A DNA stretch of 59,421 bases, filler included. It is 3 parts of 3 records of this genome, joined end to end, with 100 filler letters (N's around TTAATTAATTAA, not from the genome) between each part and the next. Parts side by side here need not be neighbours in the genome. Positions count along the whole stretch, not along the records: positions 27,789 to 53,199 come from SRR20825006_1669; positions 53,300 to 59,421 come from SRR20825006_1680; 1 more part is not named here. One strand, 5' to 3'. This document shows positions 47,833 to 57,070 of this stretch, piece by piece. The notes under the pieces are model-generated. The model saw only the letters and a program-made list of their open reading frames with translations. It did not search any database and had not been told where the DNA came from. Both the position numbers and the translations under genes were made by a program. The first letter of the stretch is position 1. Every line of letters starts with the position of its first letter.

Positions 47833-50800
47833 TCAAGATTCGCTAACCGGGACGACGCGGAACGTCTCCACCAAAATGGCATAGAACGCGGGCACAATGA
47901 ACAACGTCAGCGTGGTGGTCAGTAGCAAACCCACGATCATGCACCACGCCAACCCTTCCCACAGTGGTCCGCCACTCAATGCCAAAGGCACCAACCCACC
48001 GACCGTTGTCGCGGTGGTGAGAAAGATCGGCAGCATTCGTTGTTTACCAGATTCAATCAAGCAATCCCGAAACTCTTCTTTGGTCAGACCGACGATCGGC
48101 CCGTTCGTTTCACCGGAAGACTTCTTTGCACGTGCTCGTTCGGCAATCAAAAGATCCGCGAACTCAACAAAGATGATCGCTGTGTTCAGCACAATGCCGA
48201 ACAGTGCCAGGATTCCCAATTGCGGCATAAAGCCGAGTGACTTGTCCGACAAGTACAAACCCAGCCACGCACCGACCAATGCCAAAGGCAACGTCGACAG
48301 AATGATCAGCGGTTTGGACCAACCGTTGTATTGAAAGATCAAGCAAAGGACGATCAACAGAAACGAAATCGCAAACGACATCATCATCTGCCCACCAGCT
48401 TCGGCACTCTCTTCGTACGAACCGCCGGGTTCGATCCAGTAGCCGGTTGGCAGTTCTTCTTGCAACCGCTGCATCTCGTCCGATTTCAAAACCCGAGACA
48501 CAACGTCGTTGCCCGTGACGCCCGGTTCCATTTGGGAACTGACCTCAATGGTTCGGTTCATCTTCCGTCGTTCGATTTTGGCAATTTCAAAGGTGGGCTT
48601 CAAAACGGCCAGCGAAGCCAATGGCACTTTTCCACGGTCACCTTCCACAAACGCCTCCTGCAAACCACGAACGGACTCACGTTCACTGGCCTTCAGCCGG
48701 AAATAGACGGGCACTTCATGGTCGCCTTCCCGAAACGTTGTCAGCTGCAAACCGGAATAGTAAGAATTCAAAGTCCTCGCGATCTGCGAATTCGTAACGC
48801 CAGCCAAAACCGCTCGATCTTGTTCCACATCGACCTGGATCTGATACCCGTCGACTCCCCATGAATCAGATACATCCCAAGTCTCGGACTGTTCCATGAC
48901 AAGCTGTTTCAAATTGTCCGCCGCTTCACGCAGCACCGAAGGATTCGCGAAACCGTTGCCGGAGATCCGAAAGACCAACGGGTCTGCCGGAGGCCCCAAG
49001 GCCAATCGAACCGGCACAATGCGAGCACCAACGATTGGTTCGATCCCCAGAGTTTCATCGCCACGTTCGGCAATTTCGCGAACCCGTTGTGCGAATTGTT
49101 TGGTGACTGATGCGTCCGTCGTACGGACCAAAATCTCCGCAAATGATCTCGACTTGGGCTCCGGATCCCATCCGAGATGCCAACGTGATCCGCCACCTCC
49201 CACCAACGATCGATACACGCGAAGCGGTGGCATTGCGAATCCATTCTCCGCCAACTTCTCCGACCCCAAACGTTGCAGAATGGTTTCCACCTGACGTGTG
49301 ACTTGATCAGTTTGTTCAATCGTGGCAGTTTCGGGCAACATCACCTTCACGGCGAACTGAGTCCCATCCGCATCCGGAAAGAATTCCGAACTCACCGGCA
49401 GCGTTAAGATCCCGATCATCAGGCAGAGCGTGGCGACCGCCGTCAACCATTTGAATCGCACCGCCAAACCACCCAGCCATCCATACACACGAAACGCAAG
49501 ATTCTCTTGTTTGGTTTTTGCCGACTTCGCAGTGGCTCGTTCGGGCGTCGTAGCGGATCGGCGTTTTCTTCGAGGCCACCAACTCGAAATGCGATTCCAG
49601 GTTGCAACGACGGGTGAACCTGTTTGGTCTCCTTTCGGAGCCCGGATGAACATCCCCGCCAATATCACGCACAACGACATCGCCAAAACCCAACTGAGCG
49701 CGAGTGTCGTCGATACCGTGACTGGCAAACTGTAGACGTATTCTTTGCCGCCACCTTCCAGGCTGAACAACATCGGCACGAATGCCGCCATCGTCGTCAG
49801 TGTGCCAACCAACATCGGGATCGCGAGAGTGTTCGCTCCGTCAATCGCGGCAGGAAACGGCTCCATTCCCGCCATTTGGTTCGACCTTGCCTGGTCACAC
49901 ACTTGCACAGCATTGTCGACCAACAGGCCCAATGAAATGATCATTGCGGCAAGTGAGATTTGTTCGAGCTGAACTCCAAACAACGAAATCAAACCGACTG
50001 TGACCACCACCACGATCGGAATGTTCGCAGCCATCACAAACGACGTGCGGAAACCAACGACCAGGTAGACCACCACAACGACGATCAGCACGGCTTCGAC
50101 CACATTGATGATCACGTCTCGGATCTTCTTCGCGACGCTTTCACTTTGATCTGACACCGCGGTCACGCCAATGTCTGGAGGCAGCAACTGTTCTACCTCT
50201 GCCATTTCCCGCACTCGATATTTGGCCGCTTCGCAAACGTCGATGATGTTCGAACCGGACTTCATCGTGATTCCCAACATCACGGCGGGAGTGCTGCCTT
50301 CTGTGTCACCAACTCGGCAGATGTAATTTGCTGGGTCTTCGTAGTCACGTGTGACTGTCAATCCAAGTTCGGCCAACGAAACGCTGTTGTCACCGCGACT
50401 GGTTCGGACCGTGCTGGCGATTTGAGTGATCTCATCGACGGCATTGAATTCGCCTTCGGTCTTGACTGAAAAGTGTCCTGAATCGGTATCCAACTCCCCA
50501 CCAGCCTGAATGATGTTTCGATCATCGGCCAAAGACTCCAGCTGGCTGGTCGTCAGTTCCAACTGAGCCCAATTGGAAAGATCGGTTTCGATGAAGATCG
50601 CTTCGGATCGCTGGCCAAACATGTCGACTTTCGCGATCCCCGGCAACAACCTCAATGCGTCTTGAACATCTTCCGCATACTTTTCCAATTGCCGCAACGT
50701 GTAGCGATCCTGCGGACGAATCTCCGTTCGATCCTTTGATGGAGTCTGGTGAATGCCCAGCAACAACACCGCGGTGTCACCGAACTCGTCATTGACGATC

Positions 50801-51180
50801 GGTCGCACATGGTCGGCAGGCATCGCCACCAAATCCACTCGCGCGCGAACTTTGTCCCACACGTTCTGAATATCAGCCGGTGCGATGTCGTCTTCTAACT
50901 CCACGAACACGGTGGATTGACCGGTCAGCGTGGTGGATCGAGTTAGCTTGACTTCCTCGATACTGGTCAAGTTTTGTTCGATCTTGTCCGTCACCAATTC
51001 CTCCACCGTCTCGGCGGGTGCTCCAGGCCAAGACGTCGAAACGACGCACACACGAATGGTGAATTCAGGATCCTCTCGTCGAGGAATGGTGACATAGGTC
51101 ATCGCTCCCCATGCCATCGCCAAAATCGCTAAGGAGAAGACGATTGGACGGTACTTGACCGCCAAAGTGGGCAAATTCAT
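47833..51180 (-). CDS. RND efflux transporter permease subunit
   Basis: 1115 aa, two TM bundles with large periplasmic loops; WPGAPAETVEELVT, LGLLVDNAV, RMLPIFLTTATTVGGLVPL. Confidence 0.93.
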   Translation of the reverse strand: MNLPTLAVKYRPIVFSLAILAMAWGAMTYVTIPRREDPEFTIRVCVVSTSWPGAPAETVEELVTDKIEQNLTSIEEVKLTRSTTLTGQSTVFVELEDDIAPADIQNVWDKVRARVDLVAMPADHVRPIVNDEFGDTAVLLLGIHQTPSKDRTEIRPQDRYTLRQLEKYAEDVQDALRLLPGIAKVDMFGQRSEAIFIETDLSNWAQLELTTSQLESLADDRNIIQAGGELDTDSGHFSVKTEGEFNAVDEITQIASTVRTSRGDNSVSLAELGLTVTRDYEDPANYICRVGDTEGSTPAVMLGITMKSGSNIIDVCEAAKYRVREMAEVEQLLPPDIGVTAVSDQSESVAKKIRDVIINVVEAVLIVVVVVYLVVGFRTSFVMAANIPIVVVVTVGLISLFGVQLEQISLAAMIISLGLLVDNAVQVCDQARSNQMAGMEPFPAAIDGANTLAIPMLVGTLTTMAAFVPMLFSLEGGGKEYVYSLPVTVSTTLALSWVLAMSLCVILAGMFIRAPKGDQTGSPVVATWNRISSWWPRRKRRSATTPERATAKSAKTKQENLAFRVYGWLGGLAVRFKWLTAVATLCLMIGILTLPVSSEFFPDADGTQFAVKVMLPETATIEQTDQVTRQVETILQRLGSEKLAENGFAMPPLRVYRSLVGGGGSRWHLGWDPEPKSRSFAEILVRTTDASVTKQFAQRVREIAERGDETLGIEPIVGARIVPVRLALGPPADPLVFRISGNGFANPSVLREAADNLKQLVMEQSETWDVSDSWGVDGYQIQVDVEQDRAVLAGVTNSQIARTLNSYYSGLQLTTFREGDHEVPVYFRLKASERESVRGLQEAFVEGDRGKVPLASLAVLKPTFEIAKIERRKMNRTIEVSSQMEPGVTGNDVVSRVLKSDEMQRLQEELPTGYWIEPGGSYEESAEAGGQMMMSFAISFLLIVLCLIFQYNGWSKPLIILSTLPLALVGAWLGLYLSDKSLGFMPQLGILALFGIVLNTAIIFVEFADLLIAERARAKKSSGETNGPIVGLTKEEFRDCLIESGKQRMLPIFLTTATTVGGLVPLALSGGPLWEGLAWCMIVGLLLTTTLTLFIVPAFYAILVETFRVVPVSES

Positions 51181-52979
51181 TCTGCGGCTCCTTCGACCAC
51201 CATTGGTGGCATCGGGTTACCGGGCAGATGGCCTTCTTCCAGTTCATCCAGTCGTCGGGCCGCACCCACCTTCCGAACTTTCTCACCATCGCTCAGGAAG
51301 TGCACACCTCGAACGATCACCAGCATGCCTTCACTCAGTTCTGGCGATTGAATCTCGATCATCGATCCGAGGTCCAAGTTGTCTCGCGAAATCACATCGA
51401 CAGCTACCTTGGAAGCTCGGTTGTCTTTCACCACGTACAAGAATGCCTGACCAGCTTCTTCATCGATGGCGTCAAACGGAACAAAGAAACCCTTTTTCTC
51501 GTTCTGGTCAGCCAAATCAACGGACACCAATTCTCCGGGACGCAGCATCCATTCCGAACCGGGGTCCAAAACGATTGACTCACCGTCCCAATTTTGAGGA
51601 GGCGTCCCGCCGCCAGTCGCGTTCGGTGAGTCTGCGTTTGGATCGCCCACAAACCTACCGACGTAGAGCGAGTCCAAATCGATGTCGATATGTTCTCCGC
51701 TGTCGTCCAGCATTTGAACACTTCGAAAAACCCAGTTTCCCAAGAATGGAATTTTGAGTTCGTTTTCAACCAATCTTTGTCGTCGCACCTTCACAACGTC
51801 AGGCAGGCGTTCTCGCAATTTGCTGTTTGTCACGAGGTAGATGTAAGCACCTTGGTCATCATGGTAAATTGACTCTTCCTCCACCAACACAACTTTGTCC
51901 GACGTGCCCATCATTCGGTTCAGTCGTAGTGGCCACAGGTCTTCGGAACGAGCCACTTTGTCCTCGGGCAGGTCTCCTGGCAGTGGATCCCGCAGACGTT
52001 CATTCAACAACAACAACGTCATTGTGAACGTCCGAGTGTCGGGATCCGCACTCGCATCGACGTTGTAGACAAAAGCGTTGGTGTTCCGCTGGGTGCCATC
52101 AGGCAACGCATAGGTAGTTGGTAACTGATGGCGGCGTCGCATCGACCGAGATTGCTTCGCCGACAATTCCACTTCCACCTTGATTGGGTTGGTCATCTGC
52201 AACGTCAACACCGGATCACCCGCATTGACGACACTGCCCGGAACAACATTCACACCTGAGATCTGACCTTGATAGGAACCGTACAAAGTCGTGTGTTCCA
52301 AATCACGTTGCGCATCACGCAGGGTTTGTTCAGCGCGTCGAATTTGCGACTCCGCCGACTTCAACTCTGCTCGCGTTTGTTTCTCAGTGGCAAGCAAACC
52401 GCTCAACGAAGCCAATCTCGTTTGCACCAAATTTCGAGCTTGGTCGTATTCGCTTTTGGAAGCCGCGTTTTGTTGCTTCAAGTTTTCGATGCGTGAAAAC
52501 TCCATTTCTGCAAGAGACAAATTCGCACGCGCGGACTCCATTTCCGCTGGCAAAGACTCCTTCAATCGGATCTCGATGCTTTCCTTGTTCAGCTTCGCGA
52601 CTTCCAGATCGGCGACGGCAGACTCGACGGCAATTTCGTAGCGTTCCGGTTCAATTTGGGCGAGCGGAGTTCCATGTTGGACCATCTTCCCGTCCACATC
52701 GATGACTCGCCCATCAATGTTTTCGCCTGGTTCCAAAACCCACGATACCTTCCCACCGACTTCGAACCCAATGTCCTCCGTCTTCCATGACTGCACGCTG
52801 CCCGACGCGGTGTACGACGAAACCGGCACCGACCGGGTCAGCGTCATGACTTCGACGGGCCGAGGTGCCTTTTCGAATTTGACCTCTTCCTCGGGTGCAC
52901 ATCCGGCCACGGAGACGAGCCCAATGAGAACCGCAAAGCGAGGAACCAGCCTCAATGGATACGTAAAACGATTAGTCAT
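51177..52979 (-). CDS. RND periplasmic adaptor (MFP/HlyD family) lipoprotein
   Basis: Lipobox VAGC; IGFEVGGKV, long coiled coil, GQISGVNVVPG, DPDTRTF; ATGA overlap with the RND gene. Confidence 0.88.
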   Translation of the reverse strand: MTNRFTYPLRLVPRFAVLIGLVSVAGCAPEEEVKFEKAPRPVEVMTLTRSVPVSSYTASGSVQSWKTEDIGFEVGGKVSWVLEPGENIDGRVIDVDGKMVQHGTPLAQIEPERYEIAVESAVADLEVAKLNKESIEIRLKESLPAEMESARANLSLAEMEFSRIENLKQQNAASKSEYDQARNLVQTRLASLSGLLATEKQTRAELKSAESQIRRAEQTLRDAQRDLEHTTLYGSYQGQISGVNVVPGSVVNAGDPVLTLQMTNPIKVEVELSAKQSRSMRRRHQLPTTYALPDGTQRNTNAFVYNVDASADPDTRTFTMTLLLLNERLRDPLPGDLPEDKVARSEDLWPLRLNRMMGTSDKVVLVEEESIYHDDQGAYIYLVTNSKLRERLPDVVKVRRQRLVENELKIPFLGNWVFRSVQMLDDSGEHIDIDLDSLYVGRFVGDPNADSPNATGGGTPPQNWDGESIVLDPGSEWMLRPGELVSVDLADQNEKKGFFVPFDAIDEEAGQAFLYVVKDNRASKVAVDVISRDNLDLGSMIEIQSPELSEGMLVIVRGVHFLSDGEKVRKVGAARRLDELEEGHLPGNPMPPMVVEGAAE

Positions 52980-53199
52980 GGATTCATGCAGTCAGAAAAG
53001 AGCGAAGCGCCGCGTGATACTCCAATCGAGATCCCCACGCAGGAAGCACGTCACGGTTTGTACCAAGTATCGAAATCGGCATATCCACGATCGGGCCCCT
53101 AGCGGGCTGTTAATGAGTCGTACCGCATTGGCGGCGGTCAATCAGACGCCAACCGGGGCTGACGCCCATCGGCTAATTGTTGTCATTCTGTATACGACT

Positions 53200-53299
53200 N
53201 NNNNNNNNNNNNNNNNNNNNNNNNNNNNNNNNNNNNNNNNNNNTTAATTAATTAANNNNNNNNNNNNNNNNNNNNNNNNNNNNNNNNNNNNNNNNNNNN
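53200..53299. other. Artificial contig linker
   Basis: 44 N + TTAATTAATTAA + 44 N; sharp drop in GC afterwards. Confidence 0.97.
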
Positions 53300-53446
53300 A
53301 TTGGGAGCTAGTAACCTGAGTAATTCAAAATCTATAATCTAAAATTCTTAATTCTCCTTCCTCCCTATTTTGAAATAAAACCTGTTTTATCCATCTTACC
53401 TCCTGCTTTTAAATAGCTCACTGAAAAGAATCTAACCCCGAATTGT

Positions 53447-54019
53447 ATGAGAAAAATAATTTCATTTATGCACGTATCTCTGGATGGTTTTGTGGCAGGA
53501 CTGAACGGAGAAATGGATTGGATAAGCGTTGATGGAGAAATCTTTGATCATGTTGGAAAGCGGATTGGCGAAGGCGATACTGCATTATACGGACGAGTAA
53601 CTTATCAGATGATGGAAAGCTACTGGCCTACCGCCGCCGACAAACCCGAAGCTACCAAGCACGATATTGAACACTCAAAGTGGTATAGCAAAGTTCACAA
53701 AGTTGTTTTGTCTAGAACGATGAAAGGTGAAGATTTGGCCAACACAACAATTATTAGCGATAACCTTTCGGACAGCATAAAAGAACTAACACAGCAAGAC
53801 GGTGAAGACATTTTACTTTTTGGCAGCCCTACTGCTACACATTCACTTATGCAACAGAACTTAATTGACGGTTACTGGCTATTTGTTAACCCTATTATTC
53901 TTGGGCAAGGCATTCCTCTCTTTAAGGGCATCAAAGACAAAACTAAACTAGAACTATTGTCAACTCGGCCATTTAATAGCGGTGTAACTGAACTGAATTA
54001 TATAGTGAATCGGCAATAG
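53447..54019 (+). CDS. Dihydrofolate reductase family / RibD C-terminal domain protein
   Basis: MRKII...SLDGFVAG, LYGRVTY, KVVLSRT, FGS, VNPIILGQGIPLF. Confidence 0.88.
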   Translation: MRKIISFMHVSLDGFVAGLNGEMDWISVDGEIFDHVGKRIGEGDTALYGRVTYQMMESYWPTAADKPEATKHDIEHSKWYSKVHKVVLSRTMKGEDLANTTIISDNLSDSIKELTQQDGEDILLFGSPTATHSLMQQNLIDGYWLFVNPIILGQGIPLFKGIKDKTKLELLSTRPFNSGVTELNYIVNRQ

Positions 54020-54106
54020 CAAAACAATTAGCACCAACTTCCGTCTTGATTGAATTATTTGGGAATCTTTGCATCCCCTTACTCACATCAACGCCTTGCC
54101 ACATAA

Positions 54107-55090
54107 GTGAATTTGAAAGCATATAGTATTAAAAATTACGGAGCGCCTGACAACGTTCTTAAGCTTGTAGAAACCGAGCAACCGGAGCCTAAAGATAACG
54201 AGGTACGGGTTAAGGTTTGTGCAACCACAATCAACGATTATGATTGGAGCATTACCACGGGGAAACCTCTAGCCTATAGGTTGTTCTTTGGGATTTTTAG
54301 TCCGAGAAAAAAGTTAGCCATACCTGGAATGGAAGTATCTGGAATTGTGGAGAAGGTTGGGAATAATGCCACCAAGTTTAAGGTTGGCGATGCCGTTTAC
54401 GGGGACATCTCAAACTTCGGGTTTGGTAGTTTTGCTGAATTTCTTTGCATAGATGAGAAAGCACTTTCTCCAAAACCTGATGCCTTTAGTTTTGAAGAAG
54501 CCGCTAGTATTCCACATGCTGCAATGCTCGCCGCACAAGGACTTCGAGATGTGGGGCAGATTAAAGATCGCCAGAAGATTCTTATTAATGGCGGTGGCGG
54601 AGGTGTTGGTTCTTTTGGACTTCAAATAGCCAAACTGTACAACGCTGATGTTACTGGAGTGGATACAGGCGATAAACTAAAAGCGATGAAAGCTCAAGGC
54701 TTTGACACCGTTCTTGATTACAAAAAAGTTGATTTCACTAAGAGTGATGAGCAGTATGATCTAATCCTTGATTGCAAGACCAATCGTTCGCTTTGGAAGT
54801 TTTTGAAGGTCCTTAAACCTGAAGGAAAATACATTTCAATTGGTGGTGAGTCTGGCAAGCTGCTGCAAATGTTGTATATGAATCCTATGCTAAAACTATT
54901 TAGCAAGAAACGTGTGCACTTGGTTATGCTAGACACTAACAAAGACTTAGAGTACATCCATGAGCTTTATGCGGACAACAAGATACACTGTGTTATTGAT
55001 GGCCCTTATACGTTTGACCAATTACCGTGGGCGATTCAACGCTTTGGGGACGGACTCCATAATGGCAAAATTGTGATTAGGGTAAGCTAA
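54107..55090 (+). CDS. MDR superfamily NAD(P)-dependent oxidoreductase (non-zinc, quinone-reductase-like)
   Basis: YGAPDNVL, PKDNEVRVKV, FKVGDAVYG, GSFAEF, INGGGGGVGSF, GKIVI; no zinc-ligand GHE motif. Confidence 0.88.
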   Translation: MNLKAYSIKNYGAPDNVLKLVETEQPEPKDNEVRVKVCATTINDYDWSITTGKPLAYRLFFGIFSPRKKLAIPGMEVSGIVEKVGNNATKFKVGDAVYGDISNFGFGSFAEFLCIDEKALSPKPDAFSFEEAASIPHAAMLAAQGLRDVGQIKDRQKILINGGGGGVGSFGLQIAKLYNADVTGVDTGDKLKAMKAQGFDTVLDYKKVDFTKSDEQYDLILDCKTNRSLWKFLKVLKPEGKYISIGGESGKLLQMLYMNPMLKLFSKKRVHLVMLDTNKDLEYIHELYADNKIHCVIDGPYTFDQLPWAIQRFGDGLHNGKIVIRVS

Positions 55091-55250
55091 CAACGCCACG
55101 GCTCCCCTCTCCTGTAAAAACATATTACATATACAGATAACACTAACTACCATTTTGAAATGAAATTGGTATTAATCATCTTGTGCTGGAAAATAATTGG
55201 TACAATCGATAAAAAATGCAAGATGGAAAAAGTGAATGGTATTTACTTTG

Positions 55251-55271
55251 CGATTTTGTTAGGTGTAACTA
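55251..55271 (+). repeat. Left copy of the 21-bp direct repeat flanking the DUF262/HD cassette
   Basis: CGATTTTGTTAGGTGTAACTA; 20/21 identical to 58272-58292; contains GTTAGGT (GTTRRRY). Confidence 0.75.
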
Positions 55272-55286
55272 AATAAATCAAATGAC

Positions 55287-57011
55287 ATGAGCTTAACCGA
55301 AAGTAAAGTAACCGACAATACACACGAAATGAGTTTTCATGAGCTTTTTTCACAAACGACTCAAGTCAGAATACCATTATTTCAGAGAGAATATGTATGG
55401 ACCGAAAAACAGTTCAAGCGAATGATTGATGAGATTGAAACCATTGTTAGTGGAGAAGACACTAATAGGTTTCTAGGTGCTGTAATTGCTGTTAGAAGAC
55501 CTGCTAACCCAGCAGAACCACAACCATATGAGATTGTTGACGGTCAACAAAGGTTATCAACTTTATATCTTTTTGTACTAGCCGCTGCGTATGTCGCTGC
55601 AAAAAATAATGAACACGAATACGCTCGTGGAATTATTAATACAAATCTTATTATTGATTGGTTTCAAAGTGGAGTTAACACCAAACTAGTTCCATCATTT
55701 GCTGATAGAAATCAATTTTGTCATGCCTTTCATCAATTAATAAACACAGGAAATCTTTCTGATTGGCTTGGAGTTAAAACTAAACTACCAGAAAATAGCG
55801 GGCCAGAAAAAGGAAGATATCTTAATCAGTTTAATAGACTTAAGTCATACTTACAAAAACAATATAATGAACAGGGAATAGAACATTTAAAACATATTGT
55901 TACAGTTGCTCAAACTAAACTGACTTTTGTTTTTATTTTGTTAAAAGATCCAGCTACTGCTACGACTGTATTTGAAGGATTGAACGATCCAGGAATTCCT
56001 ATTGGAATTGGAGATTTAGTTCGTAATGAAGTCTTCTCAAAAATAAGTGATAGACCAGATAAAGCAGAAACAATACATCGTGATGTTTGGCTACCATTTA
56101 GAAATAAACTTGGTAATCATTTTGATAAGTACTTTTTCCCATATGCAATTATTAAAGAACCAAATATAAATAATGCTGATTTATTTAGAGGATTAAGAAA
56201 AATATGGGGTGAAACAACAGAACCTGAACAAATTATAAACACATTAGAATATTTTTCAACACCATATTTAGCAATCAGTTCAGGTAAATACCCAGAATCT
56301 TATAGCAAAAAGTTAAAAGAAATTTTAAACAAATTAGTTAGTTCAAAAAGCCCTACTTCAATTTATCCTTTTGTAATGAAGCTCTTAAAGGAGTATGAAA
56401 TTGGAACTGTATCAGAATTAAACACAATTGAATGTTTAGAAGTAATTGAATCCTTTCTCGTAAGAAGAGCAATATCTGGTATTGAACCAACTGGTTTGTT
56501 AGCACTTTTTAGAACAGCGTGGAATAATATGAAAGGTATTCCAACGAAAGAAAATTTGAAAGAAGTAATTAAAAGTAGAAATACGATAGAATGGCCAGAT
56601 AATCAAAGGCTAAATACTGCAATCCTGACAAGAAATATTTACTCAAGTCATATTAGTAAATATGTTTTAATTGAATACGAAAAAAGTTTAGGTTCTGATA
56701 TACCAGAAAATGAATATTGGATTGAACATATAATGCCACAAGTTTTAAATACAGAATGGAAAAAAATTGTAACAAATGAAGATCATCAAAATGTATTGCA
56801 TACTTGGGGGAATTTAATTCCATTAACAGCTGAAATGAATAGAGGCCTTTCTCAATCAGAATTTAAAATTAAAAGAGAGGAGTTTAAAAAGCACTCTGTA
56901 TTTGCTTCTGCTAGAAAGCTAGCATCTGAATATGACACTTGGGATAAAGTACAAATCTTAAATAGGAGTAAAATTATTGCTGATTGGGCAGTAGAAAGAT
57001 GGAAGAAATAA
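55287..57011 (+). CDS. DUF262 + DUF1524 (HNH) protein, GmrSD/SspE-like modification-dependent restriction nuclease
   Basis: IPLFQREYVW, FLGAVI, IVDGQQRL and VFEGLN (DUF262 NTPase); IEHIMPQ...GNLIPL...MN (His-Me/HNH), I..RS..IA..A...W C-terminus. Confidence 0.9.
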   Translation: MSLTESKVTDNTHEMSFHELFSQTTQVRIPLFQREYVWTEKQFKRMIDEIETIVSGEDTNRFLGAVIAVRRPANPAEPQPYEIVDGQQRLSTLYLFVLAAAYVAAKNNEHEYARGIINTNLIIDWFQSGVNTKLVPSFADRNQFCHAFHQLINTGNLSDWLGVKTKLPENSGPEKGRYLNQFNRLKSYLQKQYNEQGIEHLKHIVTVAQTKLTFVFILLKDPATATTVFEGLNDPGIPIGIGDLVRNEVFSKISDRPDKAETIHRDVWLPFRNKLGNHFDKYFFPYAIIKEPNINNADLFRGLRKIWGETTEPEQIINTLEYFSTPYLAISSGKYPESYSKKLKEILNKLVSSKSPTSIYPFVMKLLKEYEIGTVSELNTIECLEVIESFLVRRAISGIEPTGLLALFRTAWNNMKGIPTKENLKEVIKSRNTIEWPDNQRLNTAILTRNIYSSHISKYVLIEYEKSLGSDIPENEYWIEHIMPQVLNTEWKKIVTNEDHQNVLHTWGNLIPLTAEMNRGLSQSEFKIKREEFKKHSVFASARKLASEYDTWDKVQILNRSKIIADWAVERWKK

Positions 57012-57070
57012 CTCCACTCAATAAGACACAGAAAACCTTATGAATACGTTTATCATAACTCGTTAACTAG

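Noticed and set aside
53447-54019. Trimethoprim-resistance dfr gene
   Set aside because: The sequence fits the RibD-C/DHFR-like family (SLDG...GRVTY...PIILGQGIPLF), not canonical DfrA.
55287-57011. Complete Ssp phosphorothioation or BREX system
   Set aside because: No sspABCD, dnd or brx genes on this contig; only the DUF262-DUF1524 gene is present.
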